Notes: generated by a model from the letters alone, not told the origin. A DNA stretch of 64,000 nucleotides from Chloropicon primus (GCA_023205875.1 CP060756.1:310001-374000); one strand, 5' to 3'. Shown: positions 20,235-31,870, counted from the first letter of the stretch. Numbers and translations: made by a program.

Positions 20235-21593
20235 ATGTCCAAGAAGAAGAGGGGCAAGGAGAGGCAGGAGGAGAGGGAGAGGGGACTGGACGACCCAGCG
20301 TCGAATCCAGAAGCTTCTGGGGGCAGCGATAACGACGTCGAGGTCGAGGTCCATTCGTCGCCAGGGAGGAGCGAAGCAGCAGGGGGTGAGGGCGACGAAG
20401 CTGCCACAGTGGATGAGGGCGGGTACATCGTTTACAAAGTTTCGAAGCCGCTTCGAAAAGTAATTGGCAAGAAGAAGTGCACTCGCAAGAAAGCGTGCGC
20501 CCTGGTGTGGAAATACGTCCTGAAGAACAACCTGCTTCACGATGGGAAGGTGAAGCAGGACAGGCTGCTGGACAAGGTCTTCAACGGCCACCAAGTGGTC
20601 AGGAGTGGCTTGCACACGGTAGTCCGGCCCCACCTCTCCGTTAGCCGTTCGTCCGGCTCGGGTGGGCAAGACCACGCGGCTCTTCCAGTCTCCGCGCAGG
20701 AGGAGACCTGGCAGGAGAACAAGGACAGAAACTCCGGAAAGAGGAGTGGTCCCTTCAGCGTCCAGGAAGACGAGATCATCCGCAACAAGGTGAGGGAGGT
20801 GGCCCTGGCGCAGAACCTGAGCATGACGGACTTCTCCTGGATCTTTGCACCGAAGAAATCGGGGTACAAGAAAAGGAACGGACTTTGGTCTCAGATCGCG
20901 CGGTGTCTGCCGGAGAGGACCTTTAGGTCCGTCTACGACCACGGCAAGAGGCTCTTCAACGTGTCTCACGGCTGCAGCGGGGAAATGGGGATGTGGAGCA
21001 AGGAGGACCAGGACGAGCTGAAGAAAGCCGTAGAGAGGTACGGTAGCCACAAGTGGAAGTGGAAGAAAATTTCGAACGTCGTGGGGCGTCCCCAGGAGGC
21101 CTGCAGGCAGCACTGGAACAAAGTGCTGTCTGTCAAGAAAAAGAGGGTGAAGTGGACGGACGAGGAGGAAAGGAAGCTCAAAGAGATCGTGGGGAAGTTT
21201 CTCGCGGACAGGGCCAGGTCGGAAATCGAGTCGCAGCCGGCCAGAAGGAGGCAGAAGGAGGACATCCCTTGGAAGAAGATTGCCCTCGATCACAACTGCG
21301 AAAGAACGGGGCACCAGTGCATGCAAAAGTGGTACGGGAAGCTGAGGCCTTCCATGGTGACGGTCGGGGAGTGGGGTAACGGGCAGGACAAGGTCCTGCT
21401 CAACAAACTCACGGCCTACAAGGGGAAGTCGGACTGGGAGGTCGATTGGGAGACCATAGTTCCCGGGAGGAACGCCATCCAGGCGAAAAAAAGGTGGAAT
21501 TTGATGCGTGAGACTATTCCTGACTATCGGGATAGATCCTTCACAGAGTGCATCGAGTTCCTGCGGGAAAAGTTCGCCAAGCACCTTTCATAG
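20235..21593 (+). CDS. Myb-repeat protein of Reb1/TTF1/DMTF1 type with an N-terminal SWIB-like domain
   Basis: SGPFSVQEDEII, LWSQIARCLPERTFRSVYDH, GMWSKEDQDEL, KWTDEEERKL, IPWKKIA...RTGHQCMQKWY; SWIB-like VSKPLRKVIG...VWKYVLKNNL. Confidence 0.82.
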   Translation: MSKKKRGKERQEERERGLDDPASNPEASGGSDNDVEVEVHSSPGRSEAAGGEGDEAATVDEGGYIVYKVSKPLRKVIGKKKCTRKKACALVWKYVLKNNLLHDGKVKQDRLLDKVFNGHQVVRSGLHTVVRPHLSVSRSSGSGGQDHAALPVSAQEETWQENKDRNSGKRSGPFSVQEDEIIRNKVREVALAQNLSMTDFSWIFAPKKSGYKKRNGLWSQIARCLPERTFRSVYDHGKRLFNVSHGCSGEMGMWSKEDQDELKKAVERYGSHKWKWKKISNVVGRPQEACRQHWNKVLSVKKKRVKWTDEEERKLKEIVGKFLADRARSEIESQPARRRQKEDIPWKKIALDHNCERTGHQCMQKWYGKLRPSMVTVGEWGNGQDKVLLNKLTAYKGKSDWEVDWETIVPGRNAIQAKKRWNLMRETIPDYRDRSFTECIEFLREKFAKHLS

Positions 21594-21893
21594 TTTCATC
21601 CATTCTCGTAGTGATTCTATTCCATCAGTTCATCACCATCGCCACTTGGCAATGGCCTCCTCTTCGAACCCTCCTTCGTCGCCGCATTGCCCAGCCCGAG
21701 TCGAATACAAGCCGAGTCCTCCCTCCTCTTCGTCCCCGTCCCCTCGCCCAAGACTCGCCCGCTTCCGGCCTCGCCCCCTCGCTCCACCTTCCTCGCCGCC
21801 TTTCGTCCACCCTCCTCTTTCCCGTTCCCGCCACATCCATATTTTCTCGAGCTGTCGCTCGAGGGGGCGCGTGGCTTGTCGAGCCGCGTCACC

Positions 21894-22379
21894 ATGGGGA
21901 CGCCCTCGTCGGCGGAGCTGAGCCTCTCTCAGACGGCGCTTGCAGCGGCCAAGGTGCTCGTGGGACCCCTGGCGAGGCGCGTGAGCGACAAGGTTGGTCA
22001 AGGCACCAGGAGGACGTCCTCCGGTGGGTTCGCCGTGGACCTGGTCGAGGGGTCCTTCTCGTTCACTCGGGCATGGATACAAGGCGTGGTGGTGTCGTCC
22101 AACTCGGGAGTCGTCTCCTTCGTGGTCGACGACGGCACAGGGGCGTTGACGGTCGATGCGAGGGCCGTGGCGAAGCAGCTGTTGAGGAAGAAGGTGAAGT
22201 TCTCGCCACCGAGGGAGGGGTCCTACGTTCAAGTCATCGGTGCAGTCGTTCCGCCTGGAGAGAGTGTCGAGAAGCTTACGCTCAAAGCGCACAAGGTCAT
22301 CGCGGTCGATGACCCGAATCGGGAAGCGCTGTGGCATGCGGAAACTCTGCAGTTGTATCGGGAAGTGTACTCGGTTTGA
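21894..22379 (+). CDS. RMI2: RecQ-mediated genome instability protein 2 (OB fold)
   Basis: AAKVL, RAWIQGVVV, VDDGTG, GSYVQVIG, LKAHKV, PNREALWHAE. Confidence 0.82.
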   Translation: MGTPSSAELSLSQTALAAAKVLVGPLARRVSDKVGQGTRRTSSGGFAVDLVEGSFSFTRAWIQGVVVSSNSGVVSFVVDDGTGALTVDARAVAKQLLRKKVKFSPPREGSYVQVIGAVVPPGESVEKLTLKAHKVIAVDDPNREALWHAETLQLYREVYSV

Positions 22380-22484
22380 AGACCGCGTTTGTTTGGGAAC
22401 GTTTGCAGTAAATCAAACTGTCCATCAAATTAATTACTCGCTCTAACTTTGATTGACTCGTCAAGCAGGAAGTGACTGACGGCC

Positions 22485-24158
22485 TCACGACAGCGGAGGC
22501 ACTTCCTTTGGGATCGGTCCCTCATCGTAAATGATCTCCCTGTGGCAGGACCAGACCGCCTGGATGGCTTCTATCGTGCCGATTCCAGCGGCCCTCGGGT
22601 CTCCTGCCGGTCCGAACCAGTGGTTCTGGGGAGCCCCGGTTGTCCTCGCCCTCAGCCCCGCGTAAGTCGTCCCGTTCACGGTGTTGGCGAGAACCTTCTG
22701 CCTGAACAGGACGTCGTTCGAGACCAAAGCGGCGGTCAGGTGGGCGTTCATCCTCTCGCAAGCTTCCAGGACAAGGTCCAACTCCGAGTCCGAGTACTCG
22801 GTCACGATCTGGAACGGTCCGAAAATCTCCTTGGTCACCAGCTCGAAGGACGCCTCGTTCCTCAGCATGGTCTTGATCGGGACGTGGATGGCCGTGGGCT
22901 CGTACGCCCCGTAGCAACCTGGAATGTCGTGGCCCTCCAGAGGCTTTCCGCCGAAGAGAAGCTGGGCGCCGTCCAAGGCCAGCACGTCCTTGATGTGCTG
23001 GCCGATCTGCTCGTTGTTCACGGACAGCACGGGGCCGATCGTGAGGTCGGCGAGCTTCCTCTTGGACGCCCTCTCCTTGATCAGTTCCAGGAACTCTGTG
23101 TTCTCCTCCCAATTCTCGTGCATGAAAAGGATGCTCTGCGCGGAGCACTTCTGTCCAGAGAACGCGAACGCGTCCTGGTCAGCCTTCGCGGCGATGTACT
23201 TGATGTCCTCCCACTTTTGGGGGACGTCGGGCCCAAGGATCTTCCAGTCGAACCCGGCGTCCTCCAGCTTGATCTTGCCGTTCAAATCCTTGGCAAGGAG
23301 TTCCGCGACCCGGGAGCTTCCCGTGAAGAGCGTGTTCCTCGGGTCCGACCGCATCAGAAGCTCGTGCATGGTCTCCCCGTCGCAATTGATGAAGCAAAGG
23401 TCGCCCAGCGGCATGCCGCAGTGGTTCAGGAGCTTGAGAAACTCGGCCATCACCACCGAGACTTTGGTGTCCACCTTCAGCACGGGCTTGTTCCCCATGA
23501 AAAGGGCTCCCATGAGCTGGAGGGCCGGGATCTCCAAGGGGAAGTTGAAGGGGGTGATGAGGGCGACTTTGCCGAAGGGCCACCGCATCCCCTCGGTTCT
23601 CTGGCCGGCGTAGTCCCCGGGGGCGACGAAAGACTTGCAGAGAAAGCGAACGTTGTCGCCGCAAAAGTTCTCGAAAAACTTTCTCGTCACCTGAACCTCC
23701 CCCAGGGCCTGGGCCCTGCTCTTCGGGGCGACCCTGATGATCAAATCGGTGAAGTACGCCTCGACCTCGGGGTTGTTCAGGGCCTCCGCGACCCTGGAGC
23801 AAACGTTCCCGTACAGCAGGTACCTCTCCGGCCTCTTCAAAGGATTGTGCAGGCCGCTCTTCGGGCAAGCGTCCAGGCAGGACACGTACCTGTGCAAGCT
23901 CTCCGAACCAACCTCGTTGACCTTGGCCATGACTTGGCCGTTCATCGGATCGACAACCTCGACGTACGCTTCGTCTCCAGCGCTTGCATGTCCGGTGACC
24001 TCCACCCATTCCCCTCCCACCACGTTCAGCACCTTGCCGAGCTCCTGCTTGGAGGGATCACAGCCCGCCCAAGACAACACTCCTGACGAGGAGAACATCC
24101 TCGCCACACCTCCCCTCGAGGAGCTCAACCCGAGCACCCTTCCACCCAAGCGAAGCAT
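22485..24158 (-). CDS. ALDH12A1: Mitochondrial delta-1-pyrroline-5-carboxylate dehydrogenase (ALDH12)
   Basis: CPKSGLHNPLK, ITPFNFPLEIP, FTGSS, LEDAGFDWKILGPD, SGQKCSAQS, TTGAPQNHWFGPAGDPR; transit-peptide-like N-terminus. Confidence 0.96.
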   Translation of the reverse strand: MLRLGGRVLGLSSSRGGVARMFSSSGVLSWAGCDPSKQELGKVLNVVGGEWVEVTGHASAGDEAYVEVVDPMNGQVMAKVNEVGSESLHRYVSCLDACPKSGLHNPLKRPERYLLYGNVCSRVAEALNNPEVEAYFTDLIIRVAPKSRAQALGEVQVTRKFFENFCGDNVRFLCKSFVAPGDYAGQRTEGMRWPFGKVALITPFNFPLEIPALQLMGALFMGNKPVLKVDTKVSVVMAEFLKLLNHCGMPLGDLCFINCDGETMHELLMRSDPRNTLFTGSSRVAELLAKDLNGKIKLEDAGFDWKILGPDVPQKWEDIKYIAAKADQDAFAFSGQKCSAQSILFMHENWEENTEFLELIKERASKRKLADLTIGPVLSVNNEQIGQHIKDVLALDGAQLLFGGKPLEGHDIPGCYGAYEPTAIHVPIKTMLRNEASFELVTKEIFGPFQIVTEYSDSELDLVLEACERMNAHLTAALVSNDVLFRQKVLANTVNGTTYAGLRARTTGAPQNHWFGPAGDPRAAGIGTIEAIQAVWSCHREIIYDEGPIPKEVPPLS

Positions 24159-24398
24159 CCTTCCAGACCACGACCTACGGTAATCAACCAACTCAATCAC
24201 AAACCAACCAACCAATCAATCAATCAATCAATGCTCCACCTCTCGACGACTCGATGCAATCAAACAACACAACACAACACAACACAACACGAGCCGCTGC
24301 CACCTTCTGAACCGACCGAAGGAATGGATTCGAACCCCGTGACGACGAATGAAACCGGTCGACCGCGAGCCGATTGATTGTGAGACACCGTCGTCGTC

Positions 24399-24431
<33 letters not shown>

Positions 24432-24625
24432 CTCGTCACGAGGCTTGTGAGGAGTGCAAACTTTGCTTTGGAGGAAGAGGAAGAGGAAGAGGAAGAGGAA
24501 GAGGTTGAACCCGTACCTGGCAAGGTCTCGCGTCGGGAAAGAGCGTCGGGACCGGTGGAGCGTCTCGTGGCCTTGCCCTCGACCCACGTCATTGACCTTT
24601 CGACGGATTGCTTCGTTCGGAAAGG

Positions 24626-24661
<36 letters not shown>

Positions 24662-24938
24662 TTGTCCTGCTTGGTGGTGGTGCTGGTGGTGCTGGTGGTG
24701 GTGGTCGAGAGAGAGGGAGGTGGCGAGGAGGAGGGGGGGGTCTCTGCCCAGGGCGTGTGATCGGTGCGTTTTCTCCTGAGGAGTGGAACGTTTCGTTACG
24801 GAGGGCAAGCGGGAAACGACTTGTTGCAGACCTTGGTTCTCGTGATCTCAGCAAGGTGCAGACTTTGTTGGGCCTCCCTCTGTGTGTGTGTGCGCGCGTG
24901 CGTGTGCATGGCTCAAGCGTGACAGCGCATCGACGACA

Positions 24939-26171
24939 ATGTATGGCAAGGGCGGGAGTGGCGGCAATCGAGGAGGGCCTGGAGGAGGCGGTGGCTATCC
25001 AGCAGGTGCTCCCCCGGACCAGTACTACCAGCAGTACTACCAGCAGTACGGGAACTACGCGTACGAGGGGCAGCAAGGGGTCGGCCCGAGCGGCCATCAC
25101 GCGGGGAACGGGGGGCAAGTTGGTCCTGCACCGACCTCGTCGTACTATCAGAACAGCTGGCAGTACGGCAGTCCTTACCCGCAGCACCAGCACCAGCAGG
25201 GGGTGTATGGCTCTCCCGGGCAACCCCATATTCCTTACCCAGGTCAGCCGCACATGCAGCCTCAGCAGTGGGCGCCGGGGCCGCATCCCTACAGCAACTG
25301 GGAGTACCACCCCGTTGCGCCGCAGCAGTACCCGCAGACAAATTACAGGCAAAGCCCGAAGAACTCCCGGGAGAAGGGGAAACAGGAGAAGGCGCCTTCG
25401 CGCCCCGCCGCCGTGACGGCGGCGGGAGGAAGCGGCAAGAAGGTCCAAGAGACTCTGGAGTGCAAGAACTGCCAAAAGGTGTTCAAACAGCCCTCTCAGC
25501 TGGCGGCTCACTTGTCGATGCATCAAGTCTGCGGTCACGACGGTTGCACCTTCTCCGCGATACCCAAGGTGCTGAAAGAGCACAGGGAGCAAGTGCACTT
25601 CAAGTCCCAGAACAAGTCGCCGTCGAAGAAGAAAGTGGTGTGCCTGGAGTCCGAGGAGGAGATCAAGGCCTACCTCGCGGAGAGGAGGGCGAATTATCCC
25701 TCGGGTGAGAACGTGAGGAAGAAGAGGGAGCTGGAGAACAAGAGAAAGGCCATAGGGCAGCTTGAGCCAGACAGCGCGAAGAGCAAGAGGATGAAGCGCC
25801 TCAAGGAAGTCCTGCAGACGCAAAAGAACATGGGGGTGGCAAAAATTGCGGGCACGGACAAGATAGGGAAGGTCCTGGTCTCAGAGAACAGCGGGGCCGA
25901 CCAAGTCGGGAAGGGTGGCAAGGAGGAGGTGTCCCTTGTTCCATACTCGCCGAGTGACAGCGAAGACGGCGAGGAAGCCAAGCAGAGGGGGAAGGGCCCT
26001 CCCAAGGCGAAGAAGAACCAAAACAGGAACCAGGGCAGACAGCACATCAAGAAGAAGGAGGTTTCGCTTGTTTCCAAGCTGCTGTCGAAAAGCATACGGA
26101 AGGAGAAGAGCCACATTTTGCAGTGTTTCCGATTCTTGGTCAAAACGAAGTTCAAGATGGCTTTTTCCTGA
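24939..26171 (+). CDS. NUFIP1: NUFIP1/Rsa1-family snoRNP assembly factor with C2H2 zinc fingers
   Basis: CKNC...HLSMH and CGHDGC...H fingers; EEIKAYLAERRANYPS; C-terminal LLSKSIRKEKSHILQCFRFLV. Confidence 0.85.
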   Translation: MYGKGGSGGNRGGPGGGGGYPAGAPPDQYYQQYYQQYGNYAYEGQQGVGPSGHHAGNGGQVGPAPTSSYYQNSWQYGSPYPQHQHQQGVYGSPGQPHIPYPGQPHMQPQQWAPGPHPYSNWEYHPVAPQQYPQTNYRQSPKNSREKGKQEKAPSRPAAVTAAGGSGKKVQETLECKNCQKVFKQPSQLAAHLSMHQVCGHDGCTFSAIPKVLKEHREQVHFKSQNKSPSKKKVVCLESEEEIKAYLAERRANYPSGENVRKKRELENKRKAIGQLEPDSAKSKRMKRLKEVLQTQKNMGVAKIAGTDKIGKVLVSENSGADQVGKGGKEEVSLVPYSPSDSEDGEEAKQRGKGPPKAKKNQNRNQGRQHIKKKEVSLVSKLLSKSIRKEKSHILQCFRFLVKTKFKMAFS

Positions 26172-26455
26172 CCGCACCAGTGGTCCTTTCCTTCCTTCTA
26201 AACCTTCCACACCTTCCATCATGTAAGTCTATTCTTCCCTCCGGCTGTTTCAACTCATTCTCTTCTCAATTAAATACCCAAAGTCCAAAGTTGTTGTTGT
26301 TCCCAGCAGAAGAGAAGGAGCCCGAGAGTGAACGCGTCCAAAGGATCGCGCAGTGTACGACGCCGAGGGCGTTCTCAGCTTGCCGGGTTCGAAGGACCAA
26401 AGGGAGGGATAATGCCGGCTGTTGCCTATGTTCTCGCTACTGCACAGGAACTGCA

Positions 26456-27465
26456 ATGAGCTTGAGGCCTACAAAAAGGTTGGGGACGGGGAGTCTCGTC
26501 AAGGTAAGGACTCGTCTGGCTTGCTTGGCGACCTGAACAGGAGCAGAGGTCGTCCGATGGGTCGTCTCGGTATCGGTACTGACTCGTCTCATCACGTGCT
26601 TGCAATCTTTGCCGCGAAACATTGGTGGGGGGCAGACCTATGTGCACATTGACAAGGAGGAAGACGGTGTATCAGCTTACGTGTTTAAGCATCCACTTCC
26701 AAGCGACTTGAAATGTATATTGTGCGGGAAGCTGTTCGAGGTGAGTGGAGCAAGTGATGACGTGTTACGTTTGTGGTCCCAAAGATTCCATCTTTCCTTC
26801 CCTTGCCCCCTCTTCTCCCCCGCAGTCCAGGAGGGACGCTCGACAGGCCAGGCCAAGGCAGTCCAGTGCCAGCGAGACTAACGCAGAGACGCGTCGTTGC
26901 TCCTCGCACGCAGGACCCCGTGTTGAGTCCATCGGGGTACACGTACTGCTACAAGTGCATCAGGCGGAGGATCAAGAGGACGGGGACGTGTCCCATCACC
27001 GGGAGAAGCTTGACTGAGGAGCAGCTGGAGCCGAACGAGCTAGCGATAGCGTTGATCGATCAGATAGAGCTCTATCCAGCGAAAAGGTTGGGAAAGCATT
27101 GGGTGCCAATCACGGACAAGACGAAGAAGACGATAACCTTCGGCTTGAGGAGGCTGTACAAGAACACCTACCTGAAAGCGACCAAGGAGAAGGATGGTGA
27201 GGGGGACGAGGAGGGGTTCAGGGACCCCGCGGAGAACTACGACATCTACGAGCTCTTCACCTATCTCATCATCGTTTCTCTCTTGATTTACGGCGTGCTG
27301 AGGACAGAATTCCTCGGGAATCAGCTGCGGCAAGCGAGGGTGCCCTTGATGATCCTACTGTCCGTTCCAGGAGTCCTCCTCGTGCTTTACGTGATTATCG
27401 AGCAAGTTTACTCTGCGGTCGGTACCGAAGATTACTCGGACAGCGAGGAAGAAGGGGAAGGCTGA
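26456..27465 (+). CDS. Degenerate RING/U-box protein with two C-terminal TM helices; exons 26456-26503, 26636-26740, 26914-27465
   Basis: Spliced LKCILCGKLFE|DPVLSPSGYTYCYKCI...CPITGRSL...LEPN; GT-AG introns in phase 0. Confidence 0.72.
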
Positions 27466-27883
27466 AAGCTGCGAGAATCGTTCTGGACCACGAGACAAGG
27501 ACGGCCTTGCCGTGACCCGTCACTTGCGTAAAAACCCTGTGTACATTCTATCTCTATACGCGCGCGACCTTCTTCGACAACAAGCCCCACCGAAACTTGC
27601 AGCAGCAGCACTCCCTCCAACAACTCGTCGAGAAAGAGACGAGAGCAAAAGCAAAAGGGAAATAGATAGAAAGATAGATAGATAGAGATAGAATGAAAGC
27701 GAACCCTGTGGAGGACAATGCCAATGCCTCCTCTCCATTCATCCATCGTCCATCCATCCATCTCCTCTTCTCCTCTTCTCCTCTCAGGCAGCAGCAGCAG
27801 CAGCAGCAACAGGCAGCAGTCCCTGGGAGATCCAGCGGCTGGAGGAAGCGAGAAGGAGACGGAGCGCGAGGCAAACATTCATC

Positions 27884-28784
27884 ATGGGAGACTGGGACGC
27901 TGGAACGAAGTCGACGGTCCAGAAGATACCTTTGCTCAAGGTAAGTGAGTGAGCCTCCATGAGCGAATCGAATCCATTCGAGAAGGAAGGCACGCCACGC
28001 CAAGGAGTTGTTCGCTGCAAGGAGGGAGAGGGGAGAGGGGTGTGCCAGGGTGCCAGCGGTTTGCAGTAGAGCGGCGAGGAGGGAAAGGATCGTCCAGGAA
28101 GAGCCTCGTCGCGAAGGGGAGGAGACAGAGGAGCCATCGGGAATCGGGAAGCACTAACTCTTCACCTCTCTTGATCGGAACGAACTCTCATCGGCATCGC
28201 GCGCGCTGGGATACGATGCAGACGAAGGCAGGGCCCAGGGACAAAGAGGAGTGGCCGAAGAGACTTAAGGAGGTGAGTCAGGTGGTCGGCACGGTCTGGG
28301 AGGAGCCATCCGAATCGACGAGTCCCTTGCGCTGACGAGCGAGTCTTGTCCAATTGAACTTTTGCTTCCTCATCTTCGCCCTTCCAAGGAATATGCCGCT
28401 CTGATCAAGTACGTGCAGCTGAACAAGGGCTCGGACCAAGACTGGTTCACCATCTCATCGAACAAGGAGGGAACCCATTGGAGCGGCAAGTGCTGGTACA
28501 TTCACAATCTGTTGAAGTACGAGTTCGACCTCGAGTTTGATATCCCAGTGACGTATCCGATGACTTCCCCGGAGCTGCAGCTGCCGGAGCTGGACGGGAA
28601 GACCTCGAAGATGTACAGGGGTGGAAAAATTTGCCTCTCGATACACTTCAAGCCCCTTTGGGCGAAGAACAGCCCCCACTTTGGCGTTGCCCATGCACTT
28701 TGCCTCGGCCTCGGCCCTTGGATGGCCGCGGAGATCCCCCACCTCATCGACAGCGGGATCATTTCGCACAAGGACAAGAAGTGA
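27884..28784 (+). CDS. UFC1: Ubiquitin-fold modifier-conjugating enzyme 1; exons 27884-27940, 28222-28272, 28389-28784
   Basis: [42 protein letters not shown]...[17 protein letters not shown]...[10 protein letters not shown]. Confidence 0.96.
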
Positions 28785-28938
28785 CGACGCTGGGAACCGG
28801 GTTTCGTGTTTTGCGGCTTTGGAACAAGCAGCTACTGCTAGTATATCTTACACAAACATTTTTTTTTGGCTTCGCCTTGGAATGGTCACGGCCTTCCTCT
28901 TCCGCTCGGGCGCGAACCAGAGGTCGGAGCAGCCATCC

Positions 28939-29646
28939 CTACGAAGTCTCCTCTTCGGCGCCCTTCTTGACGAGCCCACTCGACTTGGTCTTGAGCATCT
29001 TGAAGAACTTGGATCCCTTGGATTTCATGTCCGTGAGGTTCTTCTTGCCAAGCTCCTTTATCTTCTGCACGTTCTGGCTCTGCGAGACTTGCTCCTTGAC
29101 GCTCTTCAGGGAAGTCACCCCCTTTTCGGTGAAGCTGTTGACCTTGCTCTTGACAACCGAGCTCTGGTCCAGCACCGAAGTCTGGAGCTGCTTGAACTTG
29201 TCCGATATCTCTGCCTGTTTCAACGAACCCGCCTCTCTCTCCGCACGGTGAAGCTCCTGCTCCATGTGTTCCACCACCTGTTGTAACGCCTTGATCCTAT
29301 CGCTGATGTGGTCAATCTGGCGGTAGTCCTGTTGAAGCTTCGCGGCGATGGCCTCAAAGAACGGAATCATCTTCTCCCTCTCCTCCTTGAACTCTCCCTT
29401 CGCCACGCCAATGAGAAGCTCGAGCTCGTCCAAGCTTCCGAGGATCGCTTCGACGACATTCTCCACGCTGTGCGAGGCACTTTCCGCGGCTTGGTGGCTC
29501 CCTGTCACAGCCTTCGCCGCGTCCAGGGACAAGGACTCGAGCGAACTCCGCAGCGTCCCCCCCTCCTCCATCAACGGACTCACCTCCGCCCCTCCCTCGC
29601 TCCCCTCCTCCGTGCTCGACACCTCCACCTTCACCTCCTCCTCCAT
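28939..29646 (-). CDS. BLOC1S4: BLOC-1 subunit 4 (cappuccino)-like coiled-coil protein
   Basis: VEAILGSLDELELLI...LQQDYRQIDHI...VEHMEQELHRAE recalls the CNO/BLOC1S4 coiled coil. Confidence 0.6.
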   Translation of the reverse strand: MEEEVKVEVSSTEEGSEGGAEVSPLMEEGGTLRSSLESLSLDAAKAVTGSHQAAESASHSVENVVEAILGSLDELELLIGVAKGEFKEEREKMIPFFEAIAAKLQQDYRQIDHISDRIKALQQVVEHMEQELHRAEREAGSLKQAEISDKFKQLQTSVLDQSSVVKSKVNSFTEKGVTSLKSVKEQVSQSQNVQKIKELGKKNLTDMKSKGSKFFKMLKTKSSGLVKKGAEEETS

Positions 29647-29852
29647 GGCAATGGTCCCTTCCCTCGCCACCTCACCACGGCGTCAAATCCTTCGACCACG
29701 GTACCAATGGAAAGCTCGCGAGACGTGCGTTCGTGTGATCCCTTTGCCGCGCCCTTTCTCTCTCGTCCTCGTCGAGAACGGATCAAACTCTTGGCCTCGC
29801 CCTCTGGCCTCGACGCCAAGGAACAGGACAGTCTGCTGCTGGAGCGAGGGCG

Positions 29853-30240
29853 ATGGCGTTGAGGTGGAGGAGCAGAGGAAGCGTCCGAACGAGGAAGAGG
29901 GGATGCCTGATGCGTGCAGGACCGACCAGAAGGGCTCCTCACGACTGGATGGCGCCGGATTGGAATTGGGGGTACGCGAGGGGAGCGGCACACGACGGTA
30001 AGGAGACCAAACACAGGTGATGATGATGTTGATGATGTTGATGTTGTTGATGATGATGATGGGAGGAGAGTTTGACAAGAGTTTGCTTTTGCCAGCTGCT
30101 TTTGAGTTGAGGCAACGATTGGGCAGGAGGGAAGACAGGGAGAAGTGGATTCAGGACGACAGCATCCCGTGGGATGAGACGGTTCTGTGCCTGGCTTTGA
30201 GGATCCAGAGGTAAGTCGTTATCGTTAATATGAATCCGTG

Positions 30241-30276
<36 letters not shown>

Positions 30277-30545
30277 AGTCATCATCTCCAGGAGTTTCGA
30301 GGGCTGACCCCCACCCTCTTGTCTGCAGGAGCTGCAACTATGGTCGAGATGCGGCGGGCTTCGGGTCAGTGCTTGACGCCTTGGCAGCAGGCGAGTACGG
30401 AAGCGCGTCGGCCCCCAACGCGGCTCTCGTGGGGGCGCTGAGCGCACGCCTGGTGGAAGGGCTCGGGCAGCAGGAGCCAGGGAGTGACGCTGAAGCGATC
30501 CAGAGATCTCTCATCGCCCTTGGCTTCCTAGAGGAGGGCCTGTGA
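29853..30545 (+). CDS. Uncharacterised algal protein, probably organelle-targeted; exons 29853-29997, 30096-30210, 30329-30545
   Basis: Arg-rich N-terminus, then PDWNWGYARGAAHD|AAFELRQRL...LCLALRIQR|SCNYGRD...LGFLEEGL*; splice phases match. Confidence 0.7.
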
Positions 30546-30635
30546 CGACAAGTTGTGTTTCCTTTCCTTTAATGAACAGAGTAGACTTCGTATACAAAGG
30601 TGGGGTGGTTGGCCGCCAAACGCTTCCGTTCGTCC

Positions 30636-31465
30636 TCAGCAGACTCTCTCCTTGCAGACGGGGCAGTTGGTGCTGTATTTTCCCAGCCACTCGTCCGCGC
30701 ACTCGGCGTGAAAGGTGTGGCCACAAGGCAGCTTCTTTATCTTCTCTCCCGCATCGAAACCGCACTGGCAGATGGAGCAGATATCGTCCTTGGTGACGCT
30801 GCTGTCGTCCACAATTTTTGTCTCCAAGTTTTCAATCACTCGCTTGGGTGCCGTCACCTTGACGTCTTCCAGCTTGCAGAGGTCCTCGTAAGACATCTCG
30901 CCCAGCTCCCATTGCTGCTGCGGTGCCCCGGCGTCTTGCCCGCCTCGGAACCTGCCCGTCCCGAAACCGGAGCGGCCCAAGGCACTCGCCCTCTCGGTGG
31001 TCACCGGCGCGCTGGACGTTGGGAACATGATGGAAGACGCCGGACCAGGCTCGAAGATCTGCGCTGGCCTGCCGTTCGCCTCAGCCATCGAGAGTGAGAT
31101 GGCCAGAGCAAGCTCGTACTCCTCCATCTCCTGGCGCTGCTGGGAGTGTGAGTCCGTGAGCCCCGCATAAAACTGCTCTCTCTGGATGTCCAAAAGCTCG
31201 AGGTCTCTCTCCAAGTTCGTGGTCCCCATCGGCCTGGTCACCGCTGGCCGAGAATGTCGGCTGCTGCTCGAAGCGTCCCCGAGGTGTCCCATGGCCCGCT
31301 GCTGCTGGGCTCTCCTCTCCTCCGCCTCCTTCTGGTGGTTCAGCTCGTTCTGGATCTTCTCGCGCTTGGCCTCGTACTCCAGACGCTTCTTGCGGCCTTG
31401 ACCGATCGACGTTGTGCGCACAAGGAGAGAGGAGTCAGGACAACCGATGAGATAGATGGATCGAT

Positions 31466-31507
<42 letters not shown>

Positions 31508-31870
31508 TCCTCGTACCTCTCTCTGCTTGGCGCTGGATATCCGCCATGTTTCTGCTGTGAAACCTCCTCGCTTGGTCCAACACATTCGATTCACAATGAG
31601 GGAAGGGAAAGAAAAGAAGCGTCAGACGATCGATACGCGTATCGACTGAGTGCAATTTAGGCGAACGGGAGTCCCGTTCCACTCACCTGAGATGACTGCC
31701 CGACTCCTCCTGGCACTCGAGGACGCCTCGTTCTCGTTCGTCACCGTGTTTTCCCCGGGCGCGACAGAGGCCTGCTGTGTCTTCTTCCTCGAAGGAAGCT
31801 GCGAGACGACGCTGTCCCTCTCCTTGTTTCCACCGCCCTCTCCCCCGAACGTCAACACAATGTTCGACAT
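30636..31870 (-). CDS. RING-H2 E3 ubiquitin ligase with UIM-like motif (3 exons; 5' structure tentative)
   Basis: EEYELALAISLS (UIM), MSYEDLCKL, CSICQCGF...LPCGHTFHAECADEWL...CPVC. Confidence 0.82.

Noticed and set aside
22542..24086. 514-aa + strand ORF
   Set aside because: Antisense shadow of ALDH12.
24388..24720. (GTC)n, (GAGGAA)n, (GA)n and (GGT)n runs and the low-complexity ORFs they create (similar runs near 30244, 31470, 39354, 54311)
   Set aside because: Ordinary microsatellites in intergenic and intronic DNA.
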